Position numbers and translations under genes: made by a program. A DNA stretch of 64,000 nt from Lysobacterales bacterium (lineage in GTDB: Bacteria; Pseudomonadota; Gammaproteobacteria; Xanthomonadales; SZUA-5), in the NCBI GenBank assembly GCA_022844165.1, contig JALHMH010000011.1, positions 1-64,000 on the forward strand, in the 5' to 3' direction. Positions 36,848 to 46,885 of this stretch are shown here, piece after piece. The stretch's first letter is position 1, and each line of letters opens with the position of its first letter. The notes below the pieces were generated by a model. It had not been told where the DNA came from, did not search any database, and saw nothing but the letters and a program-made list of their open reading frames with translations.

Positions 36848-39800
36848 ATGGAAACGCACACGCACTGGTCATTGTTGCAGCGGCTTATTGGGCGCTGGAC
36901 CTGGTCGCCGCCGCAGTGGCTGCACTGGCTCTGGTTGCGCAAATGGCAAGTGCTCGCGACGTTGGCGCTCGTTGCGGCAACGAGCTATGGCATTTACCGC
37001 TGGGTCACGCGCCCGATCCCGGTGCCGCCGGAAGCCATCTCGGTGACGCTGAACGCACCATCGAAGACCGACTATTCGCGCTCGCCGAAAGAGGTTTCGC
37101 GGCTCTCGATCGACTTCGGTGGGTCGGCAGCGCCGATAGAGTTGCTTGAAAAGGCCGCTCGCGGGGTGCAATTGGAGCCTGCGCTCGCCGGCGAATGGAC
37201 TTGGGTGAATGACCGTTCGCTGCAGTTTCTGCCGAGCGATGACTGGCCAGTGGGTCAGGCGCTCGAAGTGAAGCTCGATGAGGCGCAAGCGATTGCGCCC
37301 GGCGTGATTCTGGCGCCGTATGAGTTGACGTTCACCACAACCCCGTTTTCAGCGAGCATCGCCAGCGCCGAGTTCTATCAAGACCCACAAGATTCCGGGC
37401 TAAAGAAGGCGGTGTTCGGTCTGGAGTTCTCGCATCCGGTCGATGCGCAGCGCTTGGAGGCGAGCGTGCGCGCCACGATGCAAGACGGTGCCGGACGCGC
37501 CGCGCCCAATCCGCAGCTTCAAGTAATCGTCGGTCCGGACAAACTCAAAGCCTGGGTGCATACGCAATCGCTTACGTTGCAGCCCAACGGTGGTGTCGTC
37601 GATCTGCTGGTTGAGCCCAACGTGGTCAGCAGCCTTGGTGGCGATCCGATCGGTAGCGATTTGCAGTCGCGCGTATCGCTGCCCGATTTGTATAGCGTTG
37701 TGGTCGAGAGCGTTGAACCGACCCTGGTCGACAACGAGCGCTTTGAGCCGGATCAAGTGCTGATCCTGGCGTTCAATCAAACCTTGAAAAATACGGATGT
37801 CGTGAGCGCCACCAAGGCCTGGTTGTTGCCGATGTACAACCCCAATGTGCCACGCGAACGACAATCGCCGCCCTATCGGTTCTCCCCGAACGAAATCGAC
37901 GCTGAAGTGCTGAAAGCTTCGGTGCCCATCGATCTGAAGCCCGACCCCAGCGAACGTGAGTTCATTGAGGTCCATAGCTTTCGCTACCAGGCGCCGCCCA
38001 ATCGACTCGTTTACGTACGCATCGAAAAGGGGTTGAAGTCCTTTGGCGGATTCTTGATGGGTCAAAACCATGCGCAAGTGCTGACGGTCCCTGAGTTCCC
38101 GCGTCTGCTCAGTTTTGTCGGCGAAGGTTCGTTGCTCTCGCTGCGCGGCGAGCGGCGGGTGACGGTGATTTCGCGCAACCTGGACGCATTGCGTTTGGAG
38201 GTCGGCCGCGTTGTGCCCGATCAATTGCACCATCTGGTGCAATTCAACGACGGCACCTATCAGCAACCTGGGCTGTGGAATATCGGCGAAGACAGTCTCG
38301 TCGAACGTGAAGAAAAACGGCTGAAGCTGCCGAATCTTGACCCGGCAAAGAACCACTATGAAGGCGTCGACTTGTCGCCGTTTTTTTCGCCGACGCGCCA
38401 CGGCGTGTTTCTGCTCAGCCTGCGCACCATGAGCGATGACGACGCTTCGCTATCGCCTGCGGAGACCATCGCCGCGGATGCCGGAGAGGTGATGGACTCA
38501 AGGCTCGTCGTTTTGACCGATCTGGGTGTGATTGCCAAACGTTCGTTGGACGGTGGTCGCGACGTATTCGTGCAGAGTCTGAGCAGCGGACAGCCGGTGC
38601 GCGGCGCGCGCGTGCGTGCCATCGCGCGCAATGGCGAGACGCTGGTGAGTTCAGAGACCGATGCAGGCGGGCGCGCGTCATTGCCGACGCTTGACGGCTA
38701 CCGGCGCGAGAAGGAGCCGAAGCTGTTGACGGTCCAGTTGGGCGAGGATCTTTCGTTCTTGCCGTTGGGCGACTACGCGCGCGCGCTGGATACCTCGCGC
38801 TTCGAGGTGGGCGGCGAAATCAACACACTCGATCCCGGCAAGCTGAGCGCGTTCCTGTTCTCCGATCGCGGTTTGTATCGGCCGGGAGATACGATCAACC
38901 TGGGTCTGATCGTGCGCGCCGCCGATTGGCGCACAGCGCTTGAGGGTCTTCCCTTGGAGCTGGACTTGAACGACCCTCGCGGCACGCTCGTAAAGCGTGT
39001 GCCGATCCAGCTCGACGGCAGCGGCTTCAATGAGTTTTCGCATGCGCCCCGTGCAGGTGCGCCCAGTGGCACATACACCGCGGCACTTTACCTGACGCGC
39101 GTGAATCAACAACGCATCAATATCGGCAATGTGACGATGCAGGTACGCGAGTTCCAGCCCGACACGCTGCGGGTGCGCGCCACGCTGTCCGCGGCGCGGA
39201 GCGAGGGATGGGTAAAGCCAGACGGCTTAAGCGCGACGGTAGAAGTGCAGAATTTGTTCGGCACGCCCGCGCAACAGCGACGCGTCGAAGGGTCTTTGGT
39301 GCTGCGGCCTGCGTATCCGAGCTTTGCCCGCTGGACCGGCTGGAACTTTTACGATCCCAATCGTGCCAGCGACGGCTTCGACGAACCGCTCACCGAGCAA
39401 ACGACTAATGCCGATGGCGTCGCGTTGTTCGACTTGAATCTCAATCGTTATGCCAATGCAACCTACCAGTTGAGTTTCCTGACGCGTGCCTTCGAACCTG
39501 GCAGCGGTCGCAATGTTGCCGCCCAGGCGGGAACGTTGGTGTCGGACAATGAGTTTCTGGTCGGATTGCGCAGCGTCGACGACTTGAATTACGTCAAACG
39601 CGGTAGCAAACGCAACATCGAATGGGTGACGATCGGCCAGGATGTGGCACCGAAACCCGTCGACGACTTGCGCGCAGTACTCGTGGAGCGGCGGTATGTC
39701 TCGGTCCTGACCCGCGAAAATTCGGGCTTGTATCGTTATGTGTCTCAGGAGCGCCGTCACACGGTGGCCGACATCGCGCTCAAACCCAGTGGCAGCGTCC

Positions 39801-42586
39801 AGAACTACGCGCTCAAGACCGATCAGCCCGGTGTGTTCATCGTCGAAATTCGCAACGGCGATGCTGTGCTCAACAGTGTGCAATATCAGGTCGCGGGCGA
39901 TGCCAATGTGTCGCGCTCGTTGGAACGCAACGCCGAATTGCAGATGACGCTGTCGAACAACGACTTTGCCGTTGGCGAAGAGATCGAAATCTCGTTGCGC
40001 GCACCGTACACGGGCAGCGGCTTGATCACGATCGAACGCGAACGCGTTTATGCGCACGTGTGGTTCAAGGCCGATACCACCAGCAGTGTGCAGCGGATCC
40101 GCGTGCCGGCAGATCTCGAAGGAAATGCCTACGTGAGCGTGCAGTTCTTGCGCGATCCGATGTCCAGTGAGGTATTCATGAGCCCGCTCAGTTATGCCAT
40201 CGCACCATTTTCGGTAGACCGCGGTGCGCGCACCCAAGCGCTCACGTTGAAGGCCCCGACGGTGGCAAAGCCCGGAGTTCAAATGGAATTGAACGTCAGC
40301 ACTGGTGGCGCAACCAGAGTCGTCGCGTTTGCGGTCGACGAGGGCATTCTGCAGGTTGCGCGTTACCGGCTCGCCGATCCGCTCGATCATTTTTTCAAGA
40401 AAAAAATGCACGATGTGGCAACCGATCAGATCCTCGATTTGTTGCTTCCGGAGTTTTCGCGATTGGTTTCAGCGTCGGCGCCCGGCGGGGATGGCGAAGG
40501 CGCCATGGGTAAACACTTAAATCCGTTCAAGCGCAAGAGCGAAAAGCCGGCGGTGTGGTGGTCGGGCATCACCAGCGTGAGTGGTTCCCACACCTTCAAG
40601 TTCGCGATGCCGGATCATTTCAACGGCGAGCTGCGGATCATGGCGGTGGCGGTATCGAACGAACGAGTGGGAATCGCGCAGACAAAGGCCAAGGTGCGCG
40701 GCGACTTTGTCTTGACGCCGACCGTGCCCACGCACGTGGCGCCGGGCGATGAGTTCGAGTTACCGGTTGGAATCGCCCACACCATCGAAGGTGGCGACAC
40801 ACCACTGCCTGTCGCTTTGAGCGTGAAACTCGGCGACGGTCTAAGCCAGGTTGGAGAATCGCCTGCGCCGATCACGATCGCGCCGGGCAGCGAGGGTACA
40901 GCACGGGTGCGGGTGAAAGCTGGCGATCGTCTTGGCGCAGTCGCGGTCACCTTGGTTGCCAGCAGTGGGAAGTTTCGCGCACAGCGTGCGATCGAACTGT
41001 CCGTGCGACCGGCGATCGTTGAGCGTAGCGACTTGCAGTTGATGCGCGCCGACCGACGCCGCGAAATCAAAAACCTGCGGGTTATGTTCGAGCAGCGCGC
41101 GCGCCGTGAGGTGTCCGCCAGTACTTCCCCGCTGGTCGCCATGGATGGCGTGACTGCGTACTTGCGCGACTACCCGCATCTTTGTACCGAACAACTGGTG
41201 AGCCAGGCATTCCCGGCTCTGGTTGCGCGTTCGCGGCCGGAGTTTGCGCGGGCAGTCGAGGGTTACGATCCGGAGGGTTTGATCGCCGTGTTGCGCTCGC
41301 GCCAGAACGGCGAAGGTGGGTTAGGTCTTTGGGTTGCCACCCCTGATTCCGATGTGTTCGCAACGCCCTACGCGGCGCTGTACCTCGTTGAGGCCCGCGA
41401 GCGCGGACAGGTCGTGCCCGAGGACCTGGTGCGTTCGCTCAATCGTTATCTTGAGTCGATGGCCAGGAATGAGGCATTGAGTACCCTCGCAGCGCTGCGT
41501 GCGCGGGCCCTCGCCGCGTACGTGCTGATTCGCCAGGGCGATGCACGCCATGCGCCGCTACTGGGTACCATTCGTGAGCAACTCGATCGCGATCATCCGA
41601 AAGTCTGGCAGCGCGATATCGCTGCGATGTTGATTGCATCGAGTTATGCCTTGCTGAAACAGGACAAGGCGGCGCGTGATTTGGCCAAGCCGCTGCTGAC
41701 GATGCTCGGCGCGAGCCCAGACTGGGGTCTTGCGGGTTATGTCGACTACTACGATGCCGGTATCGCTTCGGCGTGGGCCGTGTATCTGGCGTTCAAACAC
41801 TTCCCAGAAGAGTCCCAACGGGTATCGATCAAGGCGTTGGAAGCGCTGATGGTGCCGTTGCAGAACAATCGCTACAACACGCTATCCAGTGCGCTGATCA
41901 CGCTGGCGCTTGATGCTTATAGCGAAGCGGTGGCGGATCAAGGCCTGCCCGTGCTCAAAGCGAGCAGCGACGGCAAGGCGTGGCGTGTGTTCGGGGCGGC
42001 GCAGGGCCAATTGATGCGCGGCGCGTTTTCCGGTTCCGACACGCTGCTGAGCGTCGAACCGCCGCGCGATGTGCCCGCATGGGCCGTGCTCACGCAAAAC
42101 GGATTCGATAAGGCCATTCCGGCGGCCACACAAACCCTTGGCATCGAAGTGCTGCGCGAGTATCTCGACGATGCGGGTCAACCGATCGCGCAAGCATCGC
42201 TTGGGCAGGAAATCACGGTACGCCTGCGACTGCGCTCATTGGGCGCCACGCAATACACCAGTATCGCGGTTATTGATTTGCTTCCGGGTGCATTCGAACC
42301 CATCACACAGTTGCCGCCGCCAGACGACAGCAGCGACCCAGGCGCCGATGTTCCTGCCGGAACGGTGCGCTTACCGGCCAGTACAATGAACACGCAGCAC
42401 ATTGAACCACGCGAAGACCGGATTGTGCTTTACACACACGCAGCCTCGCAGGTGACAACGTTTCTGTACAAGATCAAGCCCAGTAACCCTGGCCGCTTTG
42501 TGATCCCGCCGCCATATGCAGAATCGATGTACGACCGCGGCGTCTACGCGCAAGGCGCGGCGGCTGGCGCTCTTGAGGTGAAATAG
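36848..42586 (+). CDS. Bacterial alpha-2-macroglobulin
   Basis: SDRGLYRPG, AVDEGILQ, thioester motif YPHLCTEQ, AESMY; N-terminal membrane anchor. Confidence 0.95.
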   Translation: METHTHWSLLQRLIGRWTWSPPQWLHWLWLRKWQVLATLALVAATSYGIYRWVTRPIPVPPEAISVTLNAPSKTDYSRSPKEVSRLSIDFGGSAAPIELLEKAARGVQLEPALAGEWTWVNDRSLQFLPSDDWPVGQALEVKLDEAQAIAPGVILAPYELTFTTTPFSASIASAEFYQDPQDSGLKKAVFGLEFSHPVDAQRLEASVRATMQDGAGRAAPNPQLQVIVGPDKLKAWVHTQSLTLQPNGGVVDLLVEPNVVSSLGGDPIGSDLQSRVSLPDLYSVVVESVEPTLVDNERFEPDQVLILAFNQTLKNTDVVSATKAWLLPMYNPNVPRERQSPPYRFSPNEIDAEVLKASVPIDLKPDPSEREFIEVHSFRYQAPPNRLVYVRIEKGLKSFGGFLMGQNHAQVLTVPEFPRLLSFVGEGSLLSLRGERRVTVISRNLDALRLEVGRVVPDQLHHLVQFNDGTYQQPGLWNIGEDSLVEREEKRLKLPNLDPAKNHYEGVDLSPFFSPTRHGVFLLSLRTMSDDDASLSPAETIAADAGEVMDSRLVVLTDLGVIAKRSLDGGRDVFVQSLSSGQPVRGARVRAIARNGETLVSSETDAGGRASLPTLDGYRREKEPKLLTVQLGEDLSFLPLGDYARALDTSRFEVGGEINTLDPGKLSAFLFSDRGLYRPGDTINLGLIVRAADWRTALEGLPLELDLNDPRGTLVKRVPIQLDGSGFNEFSHAPRAGAPSGTYTAALYLTRVNQQRINIGNVTMQVREFQPDTLRVRATLSAARSEGWVKPDGLSATVEVQNLFGTPAQQRRVEGSLVLRPAYPSFARWTGWNFYDPNRASDGFDEPLTEQTTNADGVALFDLNLNRYANATYQLSFLTRAFEPGSGRNVAAQAGTLVSDNEFLVGLRSVDDLNYVKRGSKRNIEWVTIGQDVAPKPVDDLRAVLVERRYVSVLTRENSGLYRYVSQERRHTVADIALKPSGSVQNYALKTDQPGVFIVEIRNGDAVLNSVQYQVAGDANVSRSLERNAELQMTLSNNDFAVGEEIEISLRAPYTGSGLITIERERVYAHVWFKADTTSSVQRIRVPADLEGNAYVSVQFLRDPMSSEVFMSPLSYAIAPFSVDRGARTQALTLKAPTVAKPGVQMELNVSTGGATRVVAFAVDEGILQVARYRLADPLDHFFKKKMHDVATDQILDLLLPEFSRLVSASAPGGDGEGAMGKHLNPFKRKSEKPAVWWSGITSVSGSHTFKFAMPDHFNGELRIMAVAVSNERVGIAQTKAKVRGDFVLTPTVPTHVAPGDEFELPVGIAHTIEGGDTPLPVALSVKLGDGLSQVGESPAPITIAPGSEGTARVRVKAGDRLGAVAVTLVASSGKFRAQRAIELSVRPAIVERSDLQLMRADRRREIKNLRVMFEQRARREVSASTSPLVAMDGVTAYLRDYPHLCTEQLVSQAFPALVARSRPEFARAVEGYDPEGLIAVLRSRQNGEGGLGLWVATPDSDVFATPYAALYLVEARERGQVVPEDLVRSLNRYLESMARNEALSTLAALRARALAAYVLIRQGDARHAPLLGTIREQLDRDHPKVWQRDIAAMLIASSYALLKQDKAARDLAKPLLTMLGASPDWGLAGYVDYYDAGIASAWAVYLAFKHFPEESQRVSIKALEALMVPLQNNRYNTLSSALITLALDAYSEAVADQGLPVLKASSDGKAWRVFGAAQGQLMRGAFSGSDTLLSVEPPRDVPAWAVLTQNGFDKAIPAATQTLGIEVLREYLDDAGQPIAQASLGQEITVRLRLRSLGATQYTSIAVIDLLPGAFEPITQLPPPDDSSDPGADVPAGTVRLPASTMNTQHIEPREDRIVLYTHAASQVTTFLYKIKPSNPGRFVIPPPYAESMYDRGVYAQGAAAGALEVK

Positions 42587-42665
42587 CGGGGGCGGCGCGC
42601 TTCTCGGCAACCTGCCTATCCAGACGGAACTCCTCTGCCGCGGCGCCAACTGCCGAACAAGGCGT

Positions 42666-42682
42666 GCGGACCGGAGGTCCGC
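42666..42682. repeat. REP-like hairpin between convergent genes
   Basis: GCGGACC-GGA-GGTCCGC. Confidence 0.45.
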
Positions 42683-42714
42683 GTGCTCCGGCCGCGCAGG
42701 ATCCTGGCGCGCAA

Positions 42715-43692
42715 CTAACCGTGGGAGGAAGCGCGTACTAACTTTAGCTGCCACCCGATCAGGTGATCCACCGCATGGAACAGCGGTGACGCGTGTTGGA
42801 CCTGGAACCCGGCCGACACCGCCGCAGCCTTCGCATTCTCGAATCCGTTGTCATCGAGAGCGTGTTCAACCAGGTCGTTCAAACGCGCGAGCGCCGCTTC
42901 CATCTCTTCCCGCGCACGGGCGACTTCGTTGCCGAGTTGCGCGGGCGTGAGTTCCTGCCGCAGCTTCAGTAGCTTTTGTGCGGCGTCGATGGCCACGGCC
43001 AAGGTTCTGACCGCGTCTGGGGCAAGCATCGCACGCTCGGCGTAAGCCGCCTTGAGTTCACGTATCGCGCCGATCATGTCGTCGGCTGCGGCTTGCACCG
43101 TTGCGGGGGTCGTCTGCGGCCGCAAGGTAAGCAAGTGATCGAGTTTGTCGTAGAGCTTGACGCGCCGCAGTACCAGTTTCGCGTCCAGCATTTCGATGGC
43201 AGCGTTCTGCAAGAGCACAGATTGACGATGATGAAGGATGAACTGGGCCCGGCCATCCGGGGCCAGCACACGGTGAGCTTCGGCGAGGCTGGCGGCGATA
43301 TCGCCGTATTCCAACGCAAAGTGCCCGGTGATTGCGTTGAACGTTCCCGCATCGAACGGCAAGCGTTCGTTGGCAATGCCGCCGCGAAAGACGATGGCGG
43401 GATAGGCGGCCAAACCGCGAACAAAGCGCCGCGGTTCGATCATCGCCAGATCAGTGGCATCGATGGCCCATTGCACGTTCAGCGATTGCGCCTGCATTGC
43501 CGCGATCAGCGGTACAACGCCGTTGCCGGTTCCGACATCGAGAATGCGCGATCCATCTGCCAGCGGCGCAAAGAACGTCTCCCATGCCGCGCGGACTTCC
43601 TGATCGTACAAGCCATCGGCGCCGACAGGTCCGGTCGCCAGTGCGCCACCGCGATAAAACGCTTCCCAATGTTTCAAGAGTTCATCCTCCAA
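42715..43692 (-). CDS. Class I SAM-dependent methyltransferase with helical C-terminal region
   Basis: ILDVGTGNG motif I, LPF....F, RVLAPDG. Confidence 0.85.
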   Translation of the reverse strand: MEDELLKHWEAFYRGGALATGPVGADGLYDQEVRAAWETFFAPLADGSRILDVGTGNGVVPLIAAMQAQSLNVQWAIDATDLAMIEPRRFVRGLAAYPAIVFRGGIANERLPFDAGTFNAITGHFALEYGDIAASLAEAHRVLAPDGRAQFILHHRQSVLLQNAAIEMLDAKLVLRRVKLYDKLDHLLTLRPQTTPATVQAAADDMIGAIRELKAAYAERAMLAPDAVRTLAVAIDAAQKLLKLRQELTPAQLGNEVARAREEMEAALARLNDLVEHALDDNGFENAKAAAVSAGFQVQHASPLFHAVDHLIGWQLKLVRASSHG

Positions 43693-43734
43693 AGCGACCT
43701 AAAGTGAGCCGGTTCAGCAGAAGCTGGCCCGGTC

Positions 43735-43766
43735 AAAAAAAATGGCGAGCCCGAAGGCCCGCCATT
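43735..43766 (-). terminator. Rho-independent terminator of the TonB receptor gene
   Basis: Minus strand AATGGCGGGCC-TTCG-GGCTCGCCATT followed by a T-tract. Confidence 0.85.
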
Positions 43767-43792
43767 CTTCACCATCACACAACAACTTTGGA

Positions 43793-46699
43793 TCAGAACT
43801 TCACGTCGAAATTCGCGAAGACGAAGCGACCCAGCTGATCATAGCCACCCGGTGCATTGGCATTCAGCGCATTGTCGACGCCCACCAACGGCGGTTCCTT
43901 GTCGAAAATGTTGTTCACGCCCAACGTGATGTTGGTGTTGCCAAACAACGTTGCCGTCGCCGACAGATCGAAGTACGTATACGAGCCAATTCCGCCAGCA
44001 GACGTCGGCCGGAACGGGTTTGGCAAGGCCGTCGTGAGCGGGACGAACGGAGCACCGCCATTGCTGAACAACAGCCGGTCCGTGAAGAGGATCGTTCCGT
44101 CACTGTCCTTGTATTCGAGCGGACCAAAGTAACGCACGCGCAGATTAAACGAATAGAAATCGCGGAAATAGTTGAGGCTGGTGATCGCGCGAATTTCCTG
44201 CAGTGCTCCGCAATCTGGGTTGATCAAACCCTCGCAGGTGAATTCAACCGCGCCCGGGACCGGCGCCTGGAAGTACTCAAGCACGTAGTTACCCAAGAAC
44301 TGAGCGGAGAAGCGTCCACCAAGAGCATCGAAACCGTAACTGACATTCACGTCGATGCCGCGTGTCTCCAATTCGCCGAAGTTGTCGGTTACGTTGTCGA
44401 CGAAGCCACGGGTACCAACCCAAATGTCGCCTGATGCTGGGTTTCGATTGATGCGATTGCACAAGAACGGAGCGCCCGTCAATGCACAGCCGCGCAGGAT
44501 CGATGGCGAGCCAATCGGCGTTACCGTGTCCTCAATGCGAATGTCATAGTAGTCCACCGAAATGGCCAAATCGTCAATCGGTTCGACTACGAATCCCAAT
44601 GTGTAGGTATCGGCCTCTTCCGGTCGCAAAGTGGGATCGCCGCCGGCCAATTGGTTGTTTTGCCCGGCGGGGCTGGCTGGAACGAAGCCATATTGAGCAC
44701 TCGTTACGCCTGTTCGCGCACACTGTTCGCGTGTGAACACGGGCGTGGCGCCTGCGCAAGGATCGGCGCCGGCAAACAAGCCGATCGTCGGCGGACCGAA
44801 AAGGTTATTGATGCCGGGTGCGCGAATCGCGCGGTTGAATCCACCGCGAATTCTGAACATGCCAGCATCAGCACCGAATCCCACTTTGAAAGTGTTCGCG
44901 TTACCGGAGGTTTCATAGTCGGACAAGCGATAGCCCAAATCCAGGCCAAAGGAACTGAACAACCCGTCGCCGGAGTAAATGGGAAGCTGAGCTTCTGAGA
45001 ATAGTTCGTTGACTTCGGTCAGGCCGTTGACGGCCGGTGCAGCGGCGCCAGCGCCAGCGAAATTGCCAGCCGTGCTGTCGTTGTCTGCGATAAACGAGAA
45101 GCGCTCGCGACGCGACTCGACACCTGCGACCAGCGAGATGGTGTCTTCGGCGCTCGGGAAGTTGTAGCCGGTATCGCCCGTCAAGAAGGCGTTGAATACC
45201 TGCATTTCGGTCGACGTCTTGTTGAAGCTGGTACCTGCCAATGCATTGGCAGCAGCGGCCGTGACCCGGCCTGGCTGCCACACATTGTAAGGAATACAAC
45301 CCGCGAACGAGCCGTCGGGGCAACCCAGCAGCGCATCGGAAATACGCGAACTCAGGAAGTCATTTTGTCCCTGCAGATCGTTGGCCGTGCGTGCGAACAA
45401 GAATGATGCGTCATACGACCAATTTTCATTCAAATCGCCGGTAAAGCCAGCAACCACGCGGAATGTTGAGTCTTCCGTGGTGGTGCGACGTGGGCCACCT
45501 TCGACGTTACGACGACCGACATAAACGGTGAGCGGAGCGCCACCGGTCGGCGTGAGATTCAAATCGCGGCAAAGGGTGCCAAGCAGCGGGTTGTTGCACG
45601 CCAGAGTCAATTCCTGCGCGAAGAAGGTGCCTGACTCAGCGATTTGCACGCTGTCGTTGCGGTTAACAAACATCAGTTCCGCATAGGGACGGAAATAATC
45701 GTTGGCATCGTAGTTGATCGACAAGCCCGCCGTGTATCGCTCATCCGGACGCTGATAGAAGTTTGGCGGTGCGTAGTTGTACGCGGGACCAAAACCCGCT
45801 CGCCACGTGCCGTTGGTGTTCAGGTTGGCTTGTTGCAAACCTGGGCGACCAGGAACGATGATCAAAAAGTTGCCGAACGCATTGGTGCCCGAGCCGCCGC
45901 AAGCGGTTCCGGCGGCGTTGAGCGCGCAAGAAGCGTAGTCGCGTTGGCCATGGAACAACGGATCATTTTCGCGGTAGGTCAACCAAGCTGCTGCGTGGCC
46001 GTTGCCATCGCCAAACGTGCCGCCCCAGGCCAGATCAATGTTGCGCGACGCGCCATCGAAGCCGGAGCTGCCGTCTTCGAAGGTAAAGCCACGAGCCGTC
46101 TGCAGGCCCTGCATGTACGAATTATCGTTGTCGTGCTGATATGCGGAATAACCACCGCTGAAGGAAAAACCTTCGAATTCGGTGTCGAGAATGAAGTTCA
46201 CGACGCCGGCGACGGCGTCCGAGCCGTAAACGGCCGATGCACCACCGGTCAGGATATCGACCTGACGGATCATCGCTGCCGGGATGATGCTGATGTCGCG
46301 CAGTTCGCCTGCCGGGCCCGGTGGCAAACGACGGCCGTTGACCAGGGTCAACGTACGCTGTGCGCCAAGGTTACGCAAGCTGACAGTTGCATAGCCTGTC
46401 GACGGGTTATTCGTCTGCGAATCGAAGGCTGGCGTCAATTGCGGGTATTGATTCACGAGATCGTCGACGCGGGTCGCGCCGGTCAGATCAAATTGCTCTT
46501 GACCGATTTCGGTCACGGGCGACGAAGCCGTCACGGTCTGGCTGCGAATACGCGAGCCAGTGACGACGATATCGTCGAGTTGTTTGGCCTCTTCGCCCTC
46601 GGACTGAGCGAAGGCAAGCTGCGGGCCGGCAGCAAGCACGGCGCCGCCGACAAACAGAGACAGCCGTATCGCAGTCGACAACTGATTGAAACGGGTCAT
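43793..46699 (-). CDS. TonB-dependent receptor
   Basis: IVVTGSRI TonB-box region, LRNLG..RTL.LVNGRR, GASAVYGSDAVAGVVNFI, C-terminal F. Confidence 0.96.
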   Translation of the reverse strand: MTRFNQLSTAIRLSLFVGGAVLAAGPQLAFAQSEGEEAKQLDDIVVTGSRIRSQTVTASSPVTEIGQEQFDLTGATRVDDLVNQYPQLTPAFDSQTNNPSTGYATVSLRNLGAQRTLTLVNGRRLPPGPAGELRDISIIPAAMIRQVDILTGGASAVYGSDAVAGVVNFILDTEFEGFSFSGGYSAYQHDNDNSYMQGLQTARGFTFEDGSSGFDGASRNIDLAWGGTFGDGNGHAAAWLTYRENDPLFHGQRDYASCALNAAGTACGGSGTNAFGNFLIIVPGRPGLQQANLNTNGTWRAGFGPAYNYAPPNFYQRPDERYTAGLSINYDANDYFRPYAELMFVNRNDSVQIAESGTFFAQELTLACNNPLLGTLCRDLNLTPTGGAPLTVYVGRRNVEGGPRRTTTEDSTFRVVAGFTGDLNENWSYDASFLFARTANDLQGQNDFLSSRISDALLGCPDGSFAGCIPYNVWQPGRVTAAAANALAGTSFNKTSTEMQVFNAFLTGDTGYNFPSAEDTISLVAGVESRRERFSFIADNDSTAGNFAGAGAAAPAVNGLTEVNELFSEAQLPIYSGDGLFSSFGLDLGYRLSDYETSGNANTFKVGFGADAGMFRIRGGFNRAIRAPGINNLFGPPTIGLFAGADPCAGATPVFTREQCARTGVTSAQYGFVPASPAGQNNQLAGGDPTLRPEEADTYTLGFVVEPIDDLAISVDYYDIRIEDTVTPIGSPSILRGCALTGAPFLCNRINRNPASGDIWVGTRGFVDNVTDNFGELETRGIDVNVSYGFDALGGRFSAQFLGNYVLEYFQAPVPGAVEFTCEGLINPDCGALQEIRAITSLNYFRDFYSFNLRVRYFGPLEYKDSDGTILFTDRLLFSNGGAPFVPLTTALPNPFRPTSAGGIGSYTYFDLSATATLFGNTNITLGVNNIFDKEPPLVGVDNALNANAPGGYDQLGRFVFANFDVKF

Positions 46700-46885
46700 T
46701 ATGGATTCCTTCTGCAGAAACTGATTGATGTAGACCGAGAACGCTCCAATAGAGTGCACTCGTCCCGCGACTTACCGTCCGGCGCGCCGGAGTCTAACGC
46801 AATCTTTACACGCCGGCCAAGTTAACGTCACCTTAGCATGCTAAAGATTCCCGTCAGTGGGCTGCCCCTGACGGACGGGCCAATG

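Noticed and set aside
46700-46885. Possible RiPP precursor ORF next to the hydroxylase
   Set aside because: No plausible small ORF with an SD; the region reads as promoter and terminator
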